A stretch of DNA of 64,000 bases, taken from assembly GCA_021792975.1 (NCBI GenBank), contig JAJYTR010000002.1, positions 29,703 to 93,702 on the forward strand, in the 5' to 3' direction. Of this stretch, positions 60,281 through 64,000 are shown piece by piece (the stretch's first letter is position 1; every line of letters starts with the position of its first letter). The translations under genes were made by a program, and so were the position numbers. This DNA is from Pseudomonadota bacterium (GTDB lineage Bacteria; Pseudomonadota; Gammaproteobacteria; Xanthomonadales; Rhodanobacteraceae). The notes beneath the pieces are model-generated. The model did not search any database and had not been told where the DNA came from. It saw only the letters and a program-made list of their open reading frames with translations.

Positions 60281-62777
60281 CCTGGCGGCTGCCGCCCGCG
60301 GCGCGCACGGTGTAGGTACCGGGCGGCAGGCCGTCGATGCGGAAATAGCCCCACTGGTCGCTGTCCGTGCGCCGGACGGGCCTGCCCTTCGCGTCCAGCA
60401 CCTCGATGAGCTGGTCGGGCAGCGGCAGTCCCGCGCGCGTCAACCGCCCGGCGAAGCCCAGACGCAGGTGGACGCGGAAGTCCGCCTGCGTGGTCACGCC
60501 GGCGCGCACCTGCACCCAAGGTGCGCGTCGCCCCGGCACCAGATCAATGGGCATGTGCTCGGCGTCCAGCTGCACCCGGTACACCCCCGGCGCCAGGTCG
60601 CTGATCAGGAAACGGCCGTCGCCGTCCAGACGACCGCGCGGCCGCCCGTCGACCAGCAGCGGCACGCCTTTCAGATCGGCCCAGGTGACATCCGCAGGCA
60701 GTTCACCGCGTACGCGCCCGGCGATCGCGCCACGCCGTGCCGCGAAGCTGCCCATGCCGCCGCGCACCAGCCCCGAGGGAGTGACGGCGAAGTCGGCCAC
60801 CAGCACGAACTGCACCAGCAGGCCGTTCTGGCCGGGCTGCGCGGCGATCAGCGGATCCTGCTGCACCTGCAGATGCGCGGAAAGGCCCGGAATCGCCTCC
60901 ACCGCCGCGTCCAGCAGAAAGCCCAGCCTGCCGCGGCCCTGCAGCAGGCCGGCCGTCCACAGCACAGGGCGCGGCCCGTGCCACAGGCCGCTGAGCAGCG
61001 CCGAGTAGCGTGTGCCCAGGTAACTGTCCCGGGTGACCGCCAGCGTGCCGCTGTAGCCGTCCTCGAAGCTGTGCTGCCACTGCGCCTGGGAAACGCCGGA
61101 GTAACGGCTGAAGGTCACCTGGTCGCGCGCTCCCGGCAGCCAGTTGGCGTTCCATGCATAGCTGCCGAAATAGTCCGGTCCGGCGCTCAGCGAGAGGTTG
61201 TCCAGCGGCTGCCAGGCGAAGCCGGGCTTCACGAAGCGGACGGGCGGGCCGAGCAGGGGATTGTAGGCGTCGCGGCCGCTGAGGTTGAGTCCCAGGCTGG
61301 GCGTGGCGTTCCAGTTGACCTGGCCGTAACGGTCCCACGAGTTCTGCAGATAGCCCGGGAAATAACCGGCGCCGCGCTGGATGGCGTAACCGTTCCAGGA
61401 CACGCGCGCGCTGGCGCCGCGGCCGGAGAGGCTCCAGGCGGAGGCGGCGCCGTTGCGTCCCAGCGTCAGCCCCCAGGTGCCGAACGGGCCGAATCCCCCG
61501 ACCGCGCTGGCGACGCCGTAGGTTTGGCCCAGCGTGCGCTGCACGGTCGTGCCCAGCGTCCAGCGCTGGTCGAGGCCGTAGCGCAACTGGTAGAAGCCGC
61601 CGAGGCCGTGCGTGCCGATCGTGGGATCCAGCGGATTGCCGTCCAGCCCGAGGCCGCCGTAGCTGACCACGGTGCCTGCGGGCAGCGCCTGCGCGCTGTT
61701 GGCGACGCTGATCTGCTCAATGCGCAGCGGCGTGCCGTCGCCGAAGCGCTGGTACAGCGCCACCTCCACGCGCTCGTCGCCGCGCAGCAGCACGTCGCGG
61801 AACTGCCAGCTGCCGTCCAGCCGGATCGCGGTACGCGCCACCGGTCGGCCGTTGATGCGCAGTTCGGCGATGCCGCCGGGCGGGCCATCGCTGCCGCTGA
61901 TCACGCGCCCGCCCTGCAGCTGGCTGGCCACGAACTGGGTGCCGCCGGCTGATTCCCCGTAGGCGAGAGCCGGCTGATTGGTCCATGCGTACTGGACGCC
62001 GGTCAGCTGGGCGTAGGGCAGCAGCGGATCCAGCGCCAGCTGGTCGTTGCCCAGCAGCCAGCGTCCGTTGCCGCGGTCGAGGATCCAGCCGTAATCCACC
62101 AGCCGGTTCTGGCCGCCGGGATTGGTGTAGTAGCGCAGCCGCCAGAAGCCCGGACCCAGTGCGCCGCCGAGATCGGTGTAGGTGCTCAGCGTGTTGCGGT
62201 TGTCCAGGCGGGTGAAATAGGCCTCGCTGTGCCAGCTGGACAGGCTCAACGAAGGTGCGTAGATGTCGGGCTTGGGCTGCCGTGCGCCGGGCGCGGACAC
62301 GGTTTCGCCGCCCGCCGGATTCCATGGCAGGTCCACCTTCAGCGCGAATTCCTGTTCGTCGAAGACGATGCGTGCGCCCAGCTTTGCGGCAAGCTTGCCG
62401 ATGGGGAAGTAGCGTCGCTGCTCGTGCCGGATGGCCTCGGCCGACTGCAGTTGCGCCGTGCCCAGCGGGGTGGGGATCAGCAGCAGCGGCCCCTGCGGTT
62501 GCACCACGCTGCCGATGCGGCGGGCGAACTGCGCGAGGTCCACGGCGTAGCCGCCCGCGGGCAGCGGCAGCAGGCGCACGCCCTGCCCGGTATCCGTGCC
62601 GTCGAGGATGAAGCCCGCCACCTCCGTCCGGTGCTGGGGCGCCGCGATGTAACCAGGCGGTGCCGGCAGGCCGGCGACCGCGGGCATCGGTGCGGCGCGC
62701 ACGCCGCGGCCGGCGATCAGCATCACGATCGCAGCCAGCGTTCCGCACAGCCTGCGGCGGCGGCTCAGGCTACGCAT
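60222..62777 (-). CDS. Usher-like outer membrane protein with C-terminal carboxypeptidase-regulatory-like domains
   Basis: Signal peptide, beta-rich central region, GRF.I.DL.PG.Y and GYFRIDGLPPGTY repeats; follows the chaperone gene. Confidence 0.65.
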   Translation of the reverse strand: MRSLSRRRRLCGTLAAIVMLIAGRGVRAAPMPAVAGLPAPPGYIAAPQHRTEVAGFILDGTDTGQGVRLLPLPAGGYAVDLAQFARRIGSVVQPQGPLLLIPTPLGTAQLQSAEAIRHEQRRYFPIGKLAAKLGARIVFDEQEFALKVDLPWNPAGGETVSAPGARQPKPDIYAPSLSLSSWHSEAYFTRLDNRNTLSTYTDLGGALGPGFWRLRYYTNPGGQNRLVDYGWILDRGNGRWLLGNDQLALDPLLPYAQLTGVQYAWTNQPALAYGESAGGTQFVASQLQGGRVISGSDGPPGGIAELRINGRPVARTAIRLDGSWQFRDVLLRGDERVEVALYQRFGDGTPLRIEQISVANSAQALPAGTVVSYGGLGLDGNPLDPTIGTHGLGGFYQLRYGLDQRWTLGTTVQRTLGQTYGVASAVGGFGPFGTWGLTLGRNGAASAWSLSGRGASARVSWNGYAIQRGAGYFPGYLQNSWDRYGQVNWNATPSLGLNLSGRDAYNPLLGPPVRFVKPGFAWQPLDNLSLSAGPDYFGSYAWNANWLPGARDQVTFSRYSGVSQAQWQHSFEDGYSGTLAVTRDSYLGTRYSALLSGLWHGPRPVLWTAGLLQGRGRLGFLLDAAVEAIPGLSAHLQVQQDPLIAAQPGQNGLLVQFVLVADFAVTPSGLVRGGMGSFAARRGAIAGRVRGELPADVTWADLKGVPLLVDGRPRGRLDGDGRFLISDLAPGVYRVQLDAEHMPIDLVPGRRAPWVQVRAGVTTQADFRVHLRLGFAGRLTRAGLPLPDQLIEVLDAKGRPVRRTDSDQWGYFRIDGLPPGTYTVRAAGGSRQVTLKRAFLFRQDLDLPAAH

Positions 62778-62784
62778 GCCGCGC

Positions 62785-63630
62785 TCACTTGCGCGCCGTC
62801 GGCACGCTGAAGCGCAGTTCGCGATCGATGCCGGAGGTGCCGAACGTGCCGCGCAGGAAAAGCACGTAGCGGCCCGGTTGCAGGCCCTGTTTGTCGTCGA
62901 ATTCCAGCTGCACGCTGCGGGTCAGGCCGGGCAGGTCGGCGTCCAGCGGCAAAGCGCCGCTGGCGACCATGCCGGGTGGCGGTCTGAAGTCCGTTTCGCC
63001 CAGCCGGGCGGGCCATGGCCCGCCGGCCGGGACGGCGTCCTGCCTCCACACCACATACTGGCCGATCATGCGCGCCGTGGCGGTGCCGGTGTTGCGCACT
63101 TCGAAGCGGACGCCGTGCGCATCCGGTTTCGCGGACAGGATCTCACCCAGCATCGTGTAGGGGGGAACGCGCGCGTAGACCGCTGCGCCGAGCTGGAACA
63201 GCACCCGGAACGTGCCCTTGGGCCGTGGACCTTCGGCCTGCTGGCTGAAATAGATCATCGCGCGGTGCTCGCCCGCTGTCAGCGGCACCGCGGGCCGGAT
63301 CGCGAAACGCACCACCTGCGAGCCCTCGGGCGGCAGTACGAACCGGGTGGGATTGATCTGCAGCCAGGGCGCGAGGGACTGCTCCTGCAGCGGCGCGGGC
63401 TCGATCTGGCCCTTCTCGTTCATCGTCCAGTTGACCACCGAAACCGCGATGGGGATGGCGGCCTTGGAAAAGTTCATCAGCCGGAACGAATAGGTCCGGT
63501 GCGGCTGCTGGCCGAGATCGATGGTGTAGATCTGCGGCGTGATGGCGACCTGGGCCAACGCGGGCAGCGCCGTCGCCAGCAGGCAGAGCAGTACCGCCGC
63601 AAGCGCGCCGGCCCACCGCATCGTTCTCAT
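62785..63630 (-). CDS. Fimbrial chaperone-like (PapD-like) protein
   Basis: Signal peptide, WLQINP.RF.LPP.GSQVVRFAIRP, GEHRAMIYF, NTGTATAR. Confidence 0.78.
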   Translation of the reverse strand: MRTMRWAGALAAVLLCLLATALPALAQVAITPQIYTIDLGQQPHRTYSFRLMNFSKAAIPIAVSVVNWTMNEKGQIEPAPLQEQSLAPWLQINPTRFVLPPEGSQVVRFAIRPAVPLTAGEHRAMIYFSQQAEGPRPKGTFRVLFQLGAAVYARVPPYTMLGEILSAKPDAHGVRFEVRNTGTATARMIGQYVVWRQDAVPAGGPWPARLGETDFRPPPGMVASGALPLDADLPGLTRSVQLEFDDKQGLQPGRYVLFLRGTFGTSGIDRELRFSVPTARK

Positions 63631-64000
63631 CGCACGTTCACCGTGGCCTGGACGATGCGGAGAGAGTAGTTGCCGGCGCCCTGTGCCGGGAACGTGCTGG
63701 TGAGAAAGTTGAAGTTCACCCGGGCATAGAAGAGGTTGCAGGGGAACCAATTGGATGGATTGTTGCTGTAATAGCAGTAGTACGGGTTGTTGGGATCGTA
63801 GCTGTAGGAGACGGTGTAGGTCGCCTCGATCCGCTGCCGCTTGAACGTCGCGACCACGGTGTTGCCGCGACCGGCCGGATTGCTGGTGAGTGTGGTGGTG
63901 AACGCCGTGCCGGGTCCGCATTGGGTGGTGGTGGCCACCGTCAGCAGTGTGCCGGCCGGCTGCCGCGAAACCTGGCCAGCGATCGTCCCCTGCGGCGCGG
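63627..64000 (-). CDS. Putative fimbrial subunit/adhesin, C-terminal part (runs off right edge)
   Basis: Frame open from the window edge; ends AGNYSLRIVQATVNVR (Gly-x-Tyr plus alternating C-terminal strand); overlaps the chaperone start. Confidence 0.6.
   Translation of the reverse strand, partial: APQGTIAGQVSRQPAGTLLTVATTTQCGPGTAFTTTLTSNPAGRGNTVVATFKRQRIEATYTVSYSYDPNNPYYCYYSNNPSNWFPCNLFYARVNFNFLTSTFPAQGAGNYSLRIVQATVNVR

Overview
GC-rich gammaproteobacterial chromosome segment. Gene content and order (fimX-epmB-efp-mtaD-ubiG-gph, maf-rng-yhdP-tldD, msrA/oxyR/prmC, DUF1631-PilZ-pepQ) point to Xanthomonadales, possibly an acid- or metal-adapted Rhodanobacteraceae (inference). About 65 coding regions are supported, mostly housekeeping (pepQ, dxs, rpsP-rimM-trmD-rplS, efp/epmB, ubiG, folE2, rng, yhdP, tldD, glnS, rlmM, nadAB, prmC). 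The accessory content is: (1) at 5.5-8.3 kb, two type II toxin-antitoxin modules (HicBA and DUF1778/GNAT), each bracketed by near-identical 149-bp palindromic REP-doublet units in direct orientation, resembling a cassette array; (2) two type IVa pilin genes, each with its own sigma-54 promoter, separated by a Uma2 nuclease gene and flanked by the same repeat family, with a structured 5' leader on pilA; (3) an ECF sigma/anti-sigma-controlled bufferin-type MNIO RiPP cluster (DUF2282-DUF692-DUF2063-DoxX); (4) a tandem-DoxX membrane protein with a perfect 16-bp palindrome upstream; (5) a 153-bp CTAG-ended MITE at the lpxO stop codon; (6) oxyR followed by a rubrerythrin/Fe-S oxidoreductase/DUF3501 operon, with an OxyR box overlapping the oxyR stop codon; (7) part of an atypical chaperone-usher-like operon at the right edge. 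No rRNA, tRNA, CRISPR array, integrase or transposase was seen. Family assignments come from motif recognition, not database searches.
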